Source of the DNA: Guillardia theta CCMP2712
Taxonomy: Eukaryota; Protista; Cryptophyta
Length of the DNA: 64,000 bases
Assembly (NCBI RefSeq): GCF_000315625.1
Contig: NW_005434543.1
Span: 117,445-181,444, forward strand
Direction of reading: 5' to 3'
Under the pieces are notes generated by a model. It saw only the letters and a program-made list of their open reading frames with translations, searched no databases and was not told the DNA's origin. How positions within the stretch are numbered: position 1 is the stretch's first letter; each line of letters starts with the position of its first letter. Below are positions 39,101 through 50,580 of the stretch, one piece after another. A program made the position numbers and the translations under genes.

Positions 39101-40190
39101 AGAGGGGAATAAATCTGCCTCCTCGACGAATGGCTGACAGGGCCGCGGAATAAGAAGATCCGGCATCCGGCCAAGAAGGACCCCTTGGAGGATATGTTGG
39201 CAGTAGAGCTTCAAAGCTCAGTGCAGGATGACTAGAAAGGGGTGACAGGTGTTGCCGAATCCTCCACCCTTGGTCATCGGTCCCCGCAAAGGAGCTGTAG
39301 CGCTTGATCGCCTGGATCAGGCTAGTGGTGTCGAGGATGTCAGTCAAATCCACCTGCAGTACTGCAAGCGCTTGCTGGGTGAGATGAGCCGCGGAAGCAC
39401 TTCCAAAGGCAGGCGACGCACCATCAGGGAACTTCTCTTGTGCTTCAGCAAGAAGATCAGCGAATACCCCCTCAAGGCCTTCCCGCACCGCTATGCTCAG
39501 ATGCTCGACTGCTATCTCCACACACAAAACACAAGGCCGAGAAGAACCAGCACTGCTGGCACCCAGACGCGGCAGCGCCAGCCCAAGCGCGAAGCCGCGC
39601 AGACAAGCAGGCGCGGGAGACGCGCATGACAAGAGGAGTCAGAGCAGTACAATGGAGCCAGAGCATACGCTTGCATAGGATTTACTGGCAGAAGGTAAAA
39701 AGTGCCTCAAGCAAAATAAAGCAGGAAAAAAAAAAAAAAAAGGATCAAGCTAAACCTCCAGGCACACAGCGCACAGCGAGAAGCTGCACAATCACACACA
39801 AAACACAAGCCCGAAAAGAACCAGCACTGCTGGCACCCAGACGCGGCAGCGCCAGCCCAAGCGCGAAGCCGCGCAGACAAGCAGCCTAAGGGTCAAGCAA
39901 TCAAGCAACAAGCAGCAGGAGCATGCAGGAGGAATAAAATCCCTTAGACGCGATACCCGGAGGCAGCCGACTGACCACTGTCAGTCGAGACGTCCGCTGC
40001 CGCCACAAAGCGGGTGGCCGCGGACGGAGAAAGGGCAGCCGCCGACAAGGAGCCGGCGTTTCAATGCTTCCACCGCCGGTCGCCGTCCAAGGGGCTGCTG
40101 GCGTGGTGACTCAGGCGGCGGCGCTGGTAGGTGGCCGGCCGCGTTTCGGCGAGCCAAGATCCGAGTCAGCAGCACCCAGGTACGGTCAGG
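33160..40190 (-). mobile_element. Cluster of nested, truncated and scrambled copies of a CRE-like non-LTR retrotransposon
   Basis: The 3' terminus (...CTTCTGCCAGTAAATCCTAT) and 3' UTR recur, along with fragments in both orientations. The longest copy spans about 35742-39465. Confidence 0.9.
36216..39460 (-). pseudogene. Retrotransposon ORF with RT, Cys/His knuckle and restriction-like endonuclease (CRE clade); several 1-nt frameshifts, 5'-truncated
   Basis: RT region: AGTDDQGWRIRQHL, GRFIPLSKG..LRPIV, IQFG, VLVSLDAKNAFNS, GVCQGDVPSSVFFC, VLAYADNVVLVGP, GITLGGLPIGTDGF. C-terminal region: CDGC..HHLQTC..HD, KGDI..ADVTLVHP..EKIRKH..FIPLAISTDGTL. Confidence 0.88.
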
Positions 40191-41460
40191 AACCGTCGGA
40201 GCGGCGGCCCTGCGAGGGGCAACGAGCGCGAAAGTAACTAGCACTGCAGTGCTAGTGCTATCAGTGCTCAGAAGCGCGAAAAAAAACCAGCAGCCTTGCG
40301 GCCGCAGTGATCATGCGGCAGGTCAACTTCGGCCGCCCGGCGGTAAATGCGGCGGGAAGTAGTGCTCAGTACGGTCCCCGGTACGCCGCGCCGCGGCCCG
40401 GGGTTGGCACTGGGATGATCGGACAAGGAGCTGAGCCTCGGCTGAGGCAGGTCACCCGCCGCGCCAGTCACTGGCACCCAGTAACACCCTTGACGATTGA
40501 ATCCTGGAAGCCCGGGCCCGGCCCTTCGAGGACCGCGTGGGCCCCGGCCCGGGCGGCGCGGCCGCCGGCGCCGGGAATGCCGGGTTCACTGAGTCAAATG
40601 CGGCGGCCGGATGGGCCATGGGCCCCCGTACGGTGACCGGCGAGCGGCAGCCGCTGAGGCCATGGCGGTCAACCGGCGTTAACTAAAAGTTGTAATGATG
40701 ATGTTCGAAGTTCTGTAAAACTGATAGACTACGAGATGTACTCTGTGAATACCCCACCCTACCTGCTTCCACTCTCACTACCCCCATTATCCCATCAAAA
40801 AGTGGGGTAGCTCATTCCAAGGGAAAAAAAAAACCAGCAGCCTTGCGGCCGCAGTGATGCAGGTCAACTTCGGCCGCAATATCATTGAAACCACCCCCAC
40901 CCCATGAATGCCGTCTGTAACCACCCCTCCCTGTCTACACCCCTCGTTTTGATATCGACTGTGGTACTGTTTCACCCACCCACAAGCGCGACTCCTCATA
41001 TTGTACGTAATCACCCCACCCTCCATACGTACCCCATGGCTTTGTGGACCCTCCTTTTGAATATAGTAAGTACCCCTATTGATACGTATTTGAACTACCC
41101 CACCATGCTTCTGGTTTCCTTGCAGGGATCGTAGGGGACCTAAAAGGCTACGAGATCGCATCGTTTGTACCCCCACCCCCCCGTCAAAAATACAGAAATG
41201 GGGTGGAGGTAATTTGATCTTCCAAGGTAGGTGTAGATGACCCCGTCGGGGGTTGAGCTTCATGGATGGGGTGGGTGGTATGAAAGGTGGTTTGCTCCCC
41301 CAGATATAGACCTGAAAGGAGGGGGTAGTATTCAGTAAAATTGGGGGTGGGGTTTAGCATGAAGGGGGTGAGTGGTTCAAGGGATGTAATGCAGGTAGGG
41401 GTAGGGTACTAAAGGTGGTAAACAGGGGTGGGTCTACGACTACTCGCGGGAGTCGTTTAT
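40060..41460. promoter_or_regulatory. CCGG/GGCC-rich core (40060-40680) plus TACCC/GGGGT-rich flank upstream of the ARM gene
   Basis: Composition. Includes a 20-bp palindrome at 40237-40256 and an about 55-bp direct repeat at 40278/40823. Confidence 0.4.
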
Positions 41461-41514
41461 ATTCGATTTTTTGAGCGTGAAGTGAACCTGGACGAGAATG
41501 CTAGCGAGAGAGCA

Positions 41515-41835
41515 GGAGAGGAGAGGAGAGGAGAGGAGAGGAGAGGAGAGGAGAGGAGAGGAGACGAGACGAGACGAGACGAGACGAGACGAGACGAGAC
41601 GAGACGAGACGAGACGATACGATACGAGACGAGATAGATTGGAGATGGATAAAAGAAGGATAGAAGGTGGAGCTAAGGAGCAGAGAAGGGAGGAAAGAAG
41701 GGGAGGAGGGGAGGGATATAAGTGATTTTTGACGATAAACCAGAGAGTAGACGAGTCGAGGTGAGGGGAGGTGAAGAACACAACATGTGAAGGAGTGGAG
41801 AGGAGTGGAGAGGAGTGGAGAGGAGTGGAGAGGAG
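41515..41835. repeat. (GAGAG)n, (GAGAC)n and (GAGGAGTGGA)n microsatellites
   Basis: Directly visible. Confidence 0.9.
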
Positions 41836-42020
41836 AAGATGATAAGAACAAAAACAGAGGCGAGATTAGGAAGAGGGATGGTGGACAATGATCGGAGTGC
41901 ATGTGGAAGGAAAGAAATTAGTGCCCAGCAAGCTCTAGCAAGGGATGAGCTTTTTCAGTCGATGACTCCACACGCTCACTGACTGGCGGATTGTCAGGAG
42001 GTTGAAACCGCGTGAATGCG

Positions 42021-43860
42021 ATGACAGCAGAATTGAAGGCGAAGAATAGGACGGGCGAGCACTTGGACTGGGAAGACTCGAACATCTTGCAAGGCATCTC
42101 CCGGATCTCCTCTTCCTTGGAGCAGTGCAACAATGGTGAGAGCGTGACTGCTCTTCTCGATGCCTTCCTCTCCACCTGCCCCTTCTTCTCTCGCAGCGAG
42201 TTTCAGGACATGGAGAAGGAGAAAGGAGAGCCATGGCACCGCCTACACTGCATCTACTCCTTCGTTCACACCTCGGGCTGCACGCGACAGTTCTGCAGGC
42301 TGCTGGAGGAGTGCCGGGAGGACATGGGGGCGATGGGGCGATGCAGCTTCATCCTATGGCACCTGTCGCGCAACGCTGACAACAGGCAGGAGATGCTGAG
42401 CTTGGGGACTCACCGTGCCCTGGTGCAGCTGATGGAGGAGAGCTCGCAGCACCTCAACGTCGTCGTGCACTCCCTCGGGCTGCTGTGGAACCTCTCGGCC
42501 GAGCCCGACTACCGCAACGACATCATCGCCTCCCGCGCCGCCGACATGCTCCTCGACTTCATGCATACCCACGAGGAGGTGGCGCCTGTGCAGGAGAACG
42601 CCATAGGAGCGCTGATCAACCTGAGCTTGAACATCGACTTCGAGCGCTGCAAGGGATACGTGAGCCCGCTGCTGTCTGTCATGTCTCGCCACACCAGCTC
42701 CCCCCTCATCCAAGAGAACTCCTGCTGGTTCCTTTGCAACATGAACGACGACTCCATCCGCAGCTACATCGTCGAGCATGGCGGAGTTCAGTGTGTCCTC
42801 CGCTGCCTGCAAGTGCACGAGGAGGACGCGAGGGTGCAGGAGAAGGGCTTGTGGGCTCTGTGCAGCTTCGCATGCGACGGGGCCAGCAGTTGTCTGATCG
42901 TAGCCAGCGGAGGAGTGGAAGTGATCGTAAGGGCCATGACAAGGTTCGCCCACAACGAGACTATTGTCTGCTACGCCTGCTGGACCCTCAAGAACGTCGC
43001 AGCCGTCAGCAAGGACGTCTGCGTGGACATCGCGCGCGAGGGTGTGGTGCCAGTGGTGCTGGAGCTGCTGAGAGGGCAAGGAGGAAAGAAGCGAGGAGGC
43101 TGGAGCGATGAGACGCTGGAGCAGTTCTTCAGTCTCATTCGCAACCTTGCTTTCCACGATGACGTGCGAGCAGAAATCGTCAAGAGGAAAGGAATCGCTC
43201 GCATCCTCAAGTCTCTTCCTCGAGTTCAAGCAGCTGCGACGAAGGCCTCCTCCCTCGCTGCCTTGTGCAACCTGGTGAAGCAGGAGGACGAGAGCATCGT
43301 TGAGCTTGTGCGGAGGAAGGGAGTCGAAGCCGTGCTGCTCCTAATGACTTCTGACTGCTGCCTGGACATCCACAAGTTCGGCTGCATCCTCCTCTACAGC
43401 CTCTCGCGAGAGAGAGAGAGCTGTAAACTTCGCGTCATCCGGGCAGGAGGGGTGGAGGTGCTGAAGGAGGCGATCAAGCAGCACGGGCACGAGCAGACGG
43501 TCAGAGACTGTGCGGTGCAGACGCTGAGGAATTTATGCTACAACGACAAGATGGAGATGCGCATCCAGCAGGAGACCAACATCCTTCTCGCCCGCGCCTC
43601 CCACCCCCTCCAGGTCTGCCTTCTCCCCTGAGAGCCTCGTGCCTGCCATCTGGACCGGGGGAAGGGAGAAAGGAGGTAGAAGGAAGGAAATGAAAGAAAG
43701 GAGGAGGAGGAGGAGGAGGAGGAGGAGGAGGAGGAGGAGGAGGAGGAGGAGGTCATGAGGCTGAGGCTCGTAGCTCGAGGGCCTTGAGGATATCTTTGCT
43801 GGAGAAGCGATCAGCTGCCGTTCTTGTCAGGCAGTTGCTCAGTATGTAGCTGTAAAATAA
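42021..43860 (+). CDS. Armadillo-repeat protein; large first exon plus a probable short last exon
   Basis: Repeats such as HEEVAPVQENAIGALINLS, HTSSPLIQENSCWFLCNM, HEEDARVQEKGLWALCSF, GGVEVIVRAMTRF. Donor cag|gtc at about 43613 and acceptor tag| at 43773. Confidence 0.85.
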
Positions 43861-46800
43861 AGTGAGACAAGACTAGCTCCTCCTGCACCCACCTCATGAT
43901 GGCGTCACAGACCCCCGCCCCCGCCCCCGCGTCCTCGACACCCTCTGGGATGGAGCGAGCAAAGAGAAACTCGTAGAAGAGAGCTCCGGCGAGGAACACG
44001 TCTTGCGAGGGATGCGCGCACAACCTGTGAAGCTCCTTCCTCTCTCGTGCCTCCTGCAGCTGACCCGCTGTTAGCTCCCCTTCCTCCCTCTCTGCCTCCT
44101 CCTCCCCCTCGTCTCTTCCCGCTCACCTCAGGAACTCGATAGTCCAGCAGGTCCCAGGCTCGATGATCGAGCAGCTCTCCTTCCTTGTGCGCCACTGGAG
44201 TGCGAGTGAGGATGGGAGGAGGGAGATGTGCGCGGGGTTACCATCGAGGTCGAAGAGAAGCCATCGCCCCTGACTGAATCCCCAGCTGTCCGCCTGCACC
44301 CGTCCGAGCACGATCTTGTGGTCATGCAGGAATTCGAGGGAGGACGCGACGACAAGGATGAGATCTGTAAGTTGCTCCTGCTGTTTCCTCGTGCCCTGCT
44401 CACTCTCCTCCTCCCTTTCTCCTCCTTCCTCCTTCGCTCGAATTCGCTTCACTGCCGCACTCATTGTCTCTTCGACTGCGGGGAGGACGAGGACGTGCAG
44501 CAAGGAGGAGCTGCCGTCGTCGTGGAGGACGGGAACGTCGGGGGCCTGGAGAAGGAGAGGAGCGACGGGGAGGCGCGAGCTGCTCCTGCGCGTCAGGACC
44601 GCGAGCATAGCGGCGACCCGATGGAGCTCAAGGCGATGACGGTAGAGGCGGAGGAGAACGCGAGGAGGCGACGAGCCGCTGAGGTCACGAGCATGTAGCG
44701 ACGTGTGTTGAAGGCACATCTACATGCGAGTTAGCGAGGATGATGAAGAGGATGAGGATGCGATGGTGCTGGTTGGAGCGAAGGAGGAGGAGGAGGAGGA
44801 GGAGGAGGCGGGGGGGGGGGGGGGGGGGGGGGCACCTGATGGTGGAGCTTCTTGAGCTGCATTAGTCGGGTCTTCCTCGCTTCTCTTCCTCCTCCTCTCG
44901 TCTGCTCGTAGGCCAGCTGGAGGTCCAGCGGAGGCATTTCGATTCCTTCGAACCAGAAGCGATGGAGAAACAGGCCGGCCTTCTCTTCCTTCCCCTCCTC
45001 CCCTCGCGCCCTCCTCCTCTCCTTCCCTCCTCGCCAAACCCGCTGAATTTCTCCTGCTGCTCGTCCCTTCCTCCTCCTCTCAACCTCCTCTCTTTGCTCT
45101 TCGAACAGTCGCCTCCCGACGTGACCTCGAAAGCTCTTCTGCAGCACCAGCGCCGATCGCAGCTCCTCCTCCTCCCGCACTGCTCGCACAAGTCGCTTCC
45201 TTTGCCTTCGCGCCAGGAAGACTCGCGAGTTGGAGACGAGGAGGGAGGCGGCGAGTTCTTCGAGCCTCATTCTCCTTCTCTCTCGCTCCTCTCTCGTCCC
45301 TCTCCTCGTCTTCATCCCAACGTAACCTGCTCTGATAACGTGACCTGCTCTGATGACGTCACCTGCTCTGATAACGTCACCTGCTCTGATCCGCGTGGCC
45401 ATCCCCTCCTCCCTCGCAGCCTGCGCAGCTTCGAGAGGATGTGCCTTGCATGCAAGGTCACTTCCCCTTCCGAGTCGCTGCCAAGTCACCTGCTGCTGCT
45501 GCTGCTCCAGCACTTGCTCGTACTCGCGCTGCTCTCTGCCCTTGTGTCAGCTGCTGCTGCCCTGCCGCTTCCCTCACCTCATCGCCTCCTCCTTGGCTGC
45601 TTCAAACTCCCTCCGCTCTCGCGCCAGTTCCTCCTCCGCCTCCTGCATCTCCGCACGCTCCTTCTCTGCCACTCTCTCCGCCTCCTCCGCCTTGACACGC
45701 TGCTGCTCAGCTTCCTGCCTCGCTGCCTCCGCTTCTTCTCTCTCCCTCCTCGCCACTTCCTCCGCCTGCTCACTGTCATCGTCTCATTCTCTGCACTTGT
45801 ACCTTTCACCTGCCTCCTCCTCCCTTCTGCTTCCGCCTCCTCAGCTTCAGCAGCTCGCAGCTCCTCCAGAGCCTCGTCATACTTCCTCCAAGCTGCGATG
45901 CGTCAGCCACACCCCCCGCCTCCCCCCCTTCAGCCTCTCCTGACACTGCCCCTCCGCCCTCCCACTCCCTTCTCTTCCTCCCGCCCTCACCTTCCTCCTC
46001 GTCCTCCTTCTCTCGCTCTCCTTGGTTTCTTTGCGTCAGCTCTGCAATGAGCTCTTCCGACTTCTTTCGCATCCCTGCAGCTTTCGCTCTCCTCCTCTCC
46101 TCCTGCAGCTCCATGTTACCCTTCTCTCCTCCTCGCTCACACTCACCTCCTCCAGCAGCGACTGCACCTCCTCCTCCGCGGCGATCGCTTCCTCCTCTTC
46201 CTGCTCGCTGCCTCATGCGGAGTGGCAGTAGGAGTTTGTCTCGCACCTTGAGCAGCATCTTCTCCTTCTCCTCTACTGCCGCCCGTTCTTTTTCTGCTGC
46301 TTTTTCTGCCTCCTCCGCCTCTCTCCTCTCCTTCTCCCACACTGCCTGCGAGTCCGTTAGTGCCTCCTCTCCTCGACCTCCTCCTACCTCTGCCGCCTCC
46401 ATCTCCATCCTCTCCTTCTCGGCTCGAGCTGCAGCTTCCTCTGCTTCCTCTCGCTCCTTGTCGAGGCTTGTTCTCACCCACAGCGTGATCTCCAACAGCT
46501 CCTCGGTTCTGCCGTCCTCTTCCTCCGCCTCCTCTCCTCTCCTCTCTCTCTCCTCTCGCGCCTTCGCCTTCGCCTCCTCCAGCTCCTCCCGACCTTGCAG
46601 TAAAGTCTTCTGCTTTCTCGTGTCAGTCCAGCGGCAAGTAGAGGCGAGAGAGCAAGCGAGCGAATAGAAGCAAAGGGGGGGGGGCAAGACAAGGAGAAAA
46701 GAAGAAGGGGGGGGGATGGACTTGAACCTTTCCATCTTGCTTGATGAGGAAGAGCTGGAAGGAGAAGTGGAAGGAGAATTCTCTTGCGATGTCTTGTAGC

Positions 46801-48960
46801 AGCTGCTCGATGCTCGTCTCTTCTCGCAGCAGCAGCAGCCTCGTCTCCTCCTTGTGCCTCACTCGCACCCTCAGCCAGCGGGTCGCCGGAGGCTGTTGGA
46901 GGAGGAGAGAAGATCGAACTGCTGCCAGCTCCTCCTCCGCTCCCATCACTCGCTCCAGCAGCCACCTCCTCTCCTCCACCTCAGCAGCTACTCGCATCCT
47001 CCTCGCGCTTCTCCTCTGCTCGTCGCTGCTGATCACCATGAAGGCGGTACCGTCGTGTAGCTGAGGGAGAAGCTTGCTCCTCCGCACAAGCCCGCGGGTC
47101 CTGGGGGTCCTCGGGCCACGTCGAGGAGGAGACGAGAAGCGCATTCCCTCCTCCCTGCGATGAGCCGCAGACGAGGAGACGTCCTCACGCCAGACAAAGT
47201 GAGCTCCCACTCTCTCGCTCTCTCCACCTCCTCTCTCACTCGCTCCTCTCTCACTCGCTCTCCTCTCTCTCCCTCCCTTCCCCTCTATCGCTTCTCCGCT
47301 TCCCCTGCCGCTCCTCTTCTGAGATGTCTGAGTGCCGATGGAGGGCAGACGAACGTCCGACCGGGAAAGACGTTGCCGAGTCTAAGAGAAAGACGTGAGG
47401 AAGGGAAGAGGCGACGAGAGGGGAGGAGGAGAGGGAGGGGGACGAGAAGGGAAGAAGGAGGAAGAGGGTACAAAGGAAGCACAGAGTTCAGAGAGCTTAC
47501 TTCATCAGCAGCGCATCTCATCGCTCGACTCTTCGCATGATGCTCTCCCCAGAGCTTCTTGGACACTTCGAAAGCCTTCAAACATCTCAGATTCCTCCTC
47601 CTCCTCGTCCTCGTCCTCCTCCCCTCCCTCCCTCTCTACCCTTCTCGATCTAGTCCCAGCCATGCCCCCCCCGTCCTCCCCCCACAACTCCCTCACTCTT
47701 CGTACCTGTTCGTACATCCTGCTCGCCTCCTCCAGCTGCTCCATCGCCTCGTACTGAGCGCCAGCATTGTAGAGTGCCGCCAGGCGGATCACCGCTGCCT
47801 CCTCCTCCTCCTCCTCCTGCTCCTCCTCGAGACCGACAGACATCATCTGCAACATTCTCCTCAGCTCTCCTCCTCTCTCCTCCTCGTTATCCTCAGCCGT
47901 CACTTCGCATGCCTCCTCCACCTCCCCCTGCCCTCCTCACCTGGACGGCGGCGAGCGCGTGTGCAAGGGCTGCATGATGCTGACGGAGGTGGGAGAGAAC
48001 GACACAGAGGTTTAGATGCTGAGGGAAGAGTGAGACGAAGAGCATGCAGAGCGAGGGAGGAGGAAGAGGAGCGAGGGAAACGAGGGAGAGGATAGAAGAA
48101 GGAGGGACGAGAAGGAATGTACTGTTCCAGCAGGTCCGGGCGAAGAGTCCAGCATGAGTTCCAATCGAAGAGCCTGAGGAGGGTGAGGAGAAGAAGAAAC
48201 TCCTGTCTGGTCCTCACCTGCTCCAGGTACCTCAACGCTGAATGCCACTTCCTCCTGCTCTTGTAGAAGCAGCCCAAGTTGTTCAACTGCACTATCCCGT
48301 CAGCCCATACTATAATCCTCATCCCATCCCTCCCTCCCTCCCCTTCTCTCGCTCCCTCGCTCCCTCCTCTTCTCTCGCTCCCTCCTCCCAGGCACCGAGA
48401 CAGCTTTCATTCTCAGTCGGCTTTCTTTGTCAGCAAAGAGAGGAGGAGACTCGGTGAGAGACAGAGCCTGTGCAGCACAAGTGACGACACCAACCAGAGC
48501 CAGGGAGGGAAGAGAGGAAGGAGAGGGAGAGACGAGAAGAGCAAGGAAAGGGGAGGGAGAAGAGGAGAGGAAATCAGCAACGCGAGAAGAAAAGCACTGG
48601 ACGAGACGGAGAGAAAGCAGCAGGAGAGAAGGAGAGCAAGAAGAGGAGGGATGGGGATACTGATGCAGACAGTAGGCGGAAGGAAAGGAGGCTGGTGCTG
48701 GGGGATCGGGAGAAGACGCAGAGGAGGAAGGGGCAGTTGAGACCTTTTCGAGGAGCTGGAAGGCTTCAGCATGGCTGCCCGCCTATGGGAGGATGAGGGT
48801 ACGAAGGTGATGAAGTTGGTAGAAGAAGGGGGAAAGAGGGAGCAAGGAAGCTGCGCATCTACCTGGAGTTTCAGCATCCCCAACGTGTTGTACTGAGAGA
48901 CGAGGAGCTGACTCGCCGAGTTCAGCTGTTGTCTCAATTACCTCCCGAGGGTGCGATAGC
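43811..48960 (-). CDS. TPR + coiled-coil + IQ-motif protein with a C-terminal degenerate kinase-like segment (one or two genes); multi-exon
   Basis: TPR-like: QYNTLGMLKLQ, LNNLGCFYKSRRKWHSALRYLEQ, LNLCVVLSHL, ALYNAGAQYEAMEQLEEASRMY. IQ-like: LQKSFRGHVGRR, IQRVWRGGKERR. Kinase-like: LILVVASSLEFLHDHKIVLGRV...WLLFDLDG. Confidence 0.6.
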
Positions 48961-49549
48961 GAATGCAGAAGGAAAGAAGGTTGTGAAGAGAGGGAGGGAG
49001 GGAGGGAGGGAGGGAGGGAGGGAAGTNNNNNNNNNNNNNNNNNNNNNNNNNNNNNNNNNNNNNNNNNNNNNNNNNNNNNNNNNNNNNNNNNNNNNNNNNN
49101 NNNNNNNNNNNNNNNNNNNNNNNNNNNNNNNNNNNNNNNNNNNNNNNNNNNNNNNNNNNNNNNNNNNNNNNNNNNNNNNNNNNNNNNNNNNNNNNNNNNN
49201 NNNNNNNNNNNNNNNNNNNNNNNNNNNNNNNNNNNNNNNNNNNNNNNNNNNNNNNNNNNNNNNNNNNNNNNNNNNNNNNNNNNNNNNNNNNNNNNNNNNN
49301 NNNNNNNNNNNNNNNNNNNNNNNNNNNNNNNNNNNNNNNNNNNNNNNNNNNNNNNNNNNNNNNNNNNNNNNNNNNNNNNNNNNNNNNNNNNNNNNNNNNN
49401 NNNNNNNNNNNNNNNNNNNNNNNNNNNNNNNNNNNNNNNNNNNNNNNNNNNNNNNNNNNNNNNNNNNTCTCTCTCTCTCCTCCTCCTCCTCCTCCTCCTC
49501 CTCCTCCTCCTCCCTCCCTCCCTCCCTCCCTCCCTCCCTCCCTCCCTAG

Positions 49550-50050
49550 CTCCTCCCTTCCATTCCTCAACCGTCCGACAGAAATTTTCCCAGTACCATT
49601 CCAACCCGCCTCAGAGGAATCTAGTCCCTTACTGAGACTTTCGGCCCGGCGGGACCGGGCCCGACCGGATCTCAAACCTGAAAATATTTTTGAAATTTAA
49701 TATCGAATTTCAAATAATTTGAACTAGCAATTCGGAGGCCGCAAGAGATACCCGCAGATTGTACCGCAAGGACTGCAGGGGGTTATTTTTAGAACGCTTT
49801 TTAATGGTTAGTCTTTCTTGGGGGTGGGGGTACTGTTTATGGTCGTTTGCAAGGGGAAAGAACAGCGTTGAATGGGGGGGTAGGGGTGATCAAGAACCCC
49901 TGGAATTCTAACATAAACTCTGGTACAACGAGGGGTGGAGAGAGAGGCGGGGGTTGGGTGTAGAAGGTCTTAACCGGCTCTGAAACTGATTTACTTGCAA
50001 ATTGAAATGGATAAGGAATATTTGAACAATGCCGAAATTGGTTTGGAAAA
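49550..50050. promoter_or_regulatory. CCGG core, AT palindrome and GGGGT-rich island between divergent genes
   Basis: tcggcccggcgggaccgggcccgaccgg followed by tttgaaatt..aatttcaaa. Confidence 0.4.
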
Positions 50051-50580
50051 CGTTGCACAAACATGGTGAAGCAGAGGAGCGAGCGCAAGGGATGGAGGGA
50101 GAGGGGATGCGGCCCCTCAAGTCGCTCATGCTCAGAGCATGATACCTCTCCTGTTACTTCTCCTCTGCCAGCCCCATGGCCTCCCTTCGCTCTCACATGC
50201 AGTGACGCGAATAGCAAAGAACGCAGAACAATTTCGAACATGATGTAGTTTGCTAGTTCGTGACTGAAGCAACGTAGATTGATGCAGCTTGTTCCTTGAG
50301 CATTGTCTTTGATATAGGTGACACCATTGGGTAATGAAGCATTGGAACCTGATGAATGAATACGGACTCGAATACGAGGAATAGTTAGATATATCTTTGC
50401 ATTTCAGGTCGTATGTTAGCATATCTGTTCAGACAAGATGAAGTTTTCTTTATCCTTTGAAAGCTTGGTTTGGTCATTAAGTTAATAACGTGCATTTGCC
50501 AGGTTTAGTATATGAGCTATGGAAAGAAGTGAGATTGAGCTGTGAAGAGGATTTCTTGGAGCGATCATCAGCCTTGAGAG

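Noticed and set aside
34358-39700. Recurrent taggatttactggcagaagg as a CRISPR-like repeat
   Set aside because: The spacing is irregular and the motif continues into a shared 3' UTR. These are retrotransposon termini, and there are no cas genes.
34358-40060. Direct repeats at both ends of the long copy as LTRs
   Set aside because: The repeats are separate 3'-end copies. The ORF has a restriction-like endonuclease and no integrase, protease or RNase H.
44962-46050. Long Leu/Ser-rich plus-strand ORF (similarly 467-1102, 42354-43229, 36750-37877)
   Set aside because: These are antisense shadows of real coding sequence on the other strand.
49768-49775. gtaccgcaaggga resembling an LSU rRNA motif
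   Set aside because: Too short, with no flanking rRNA similarity.
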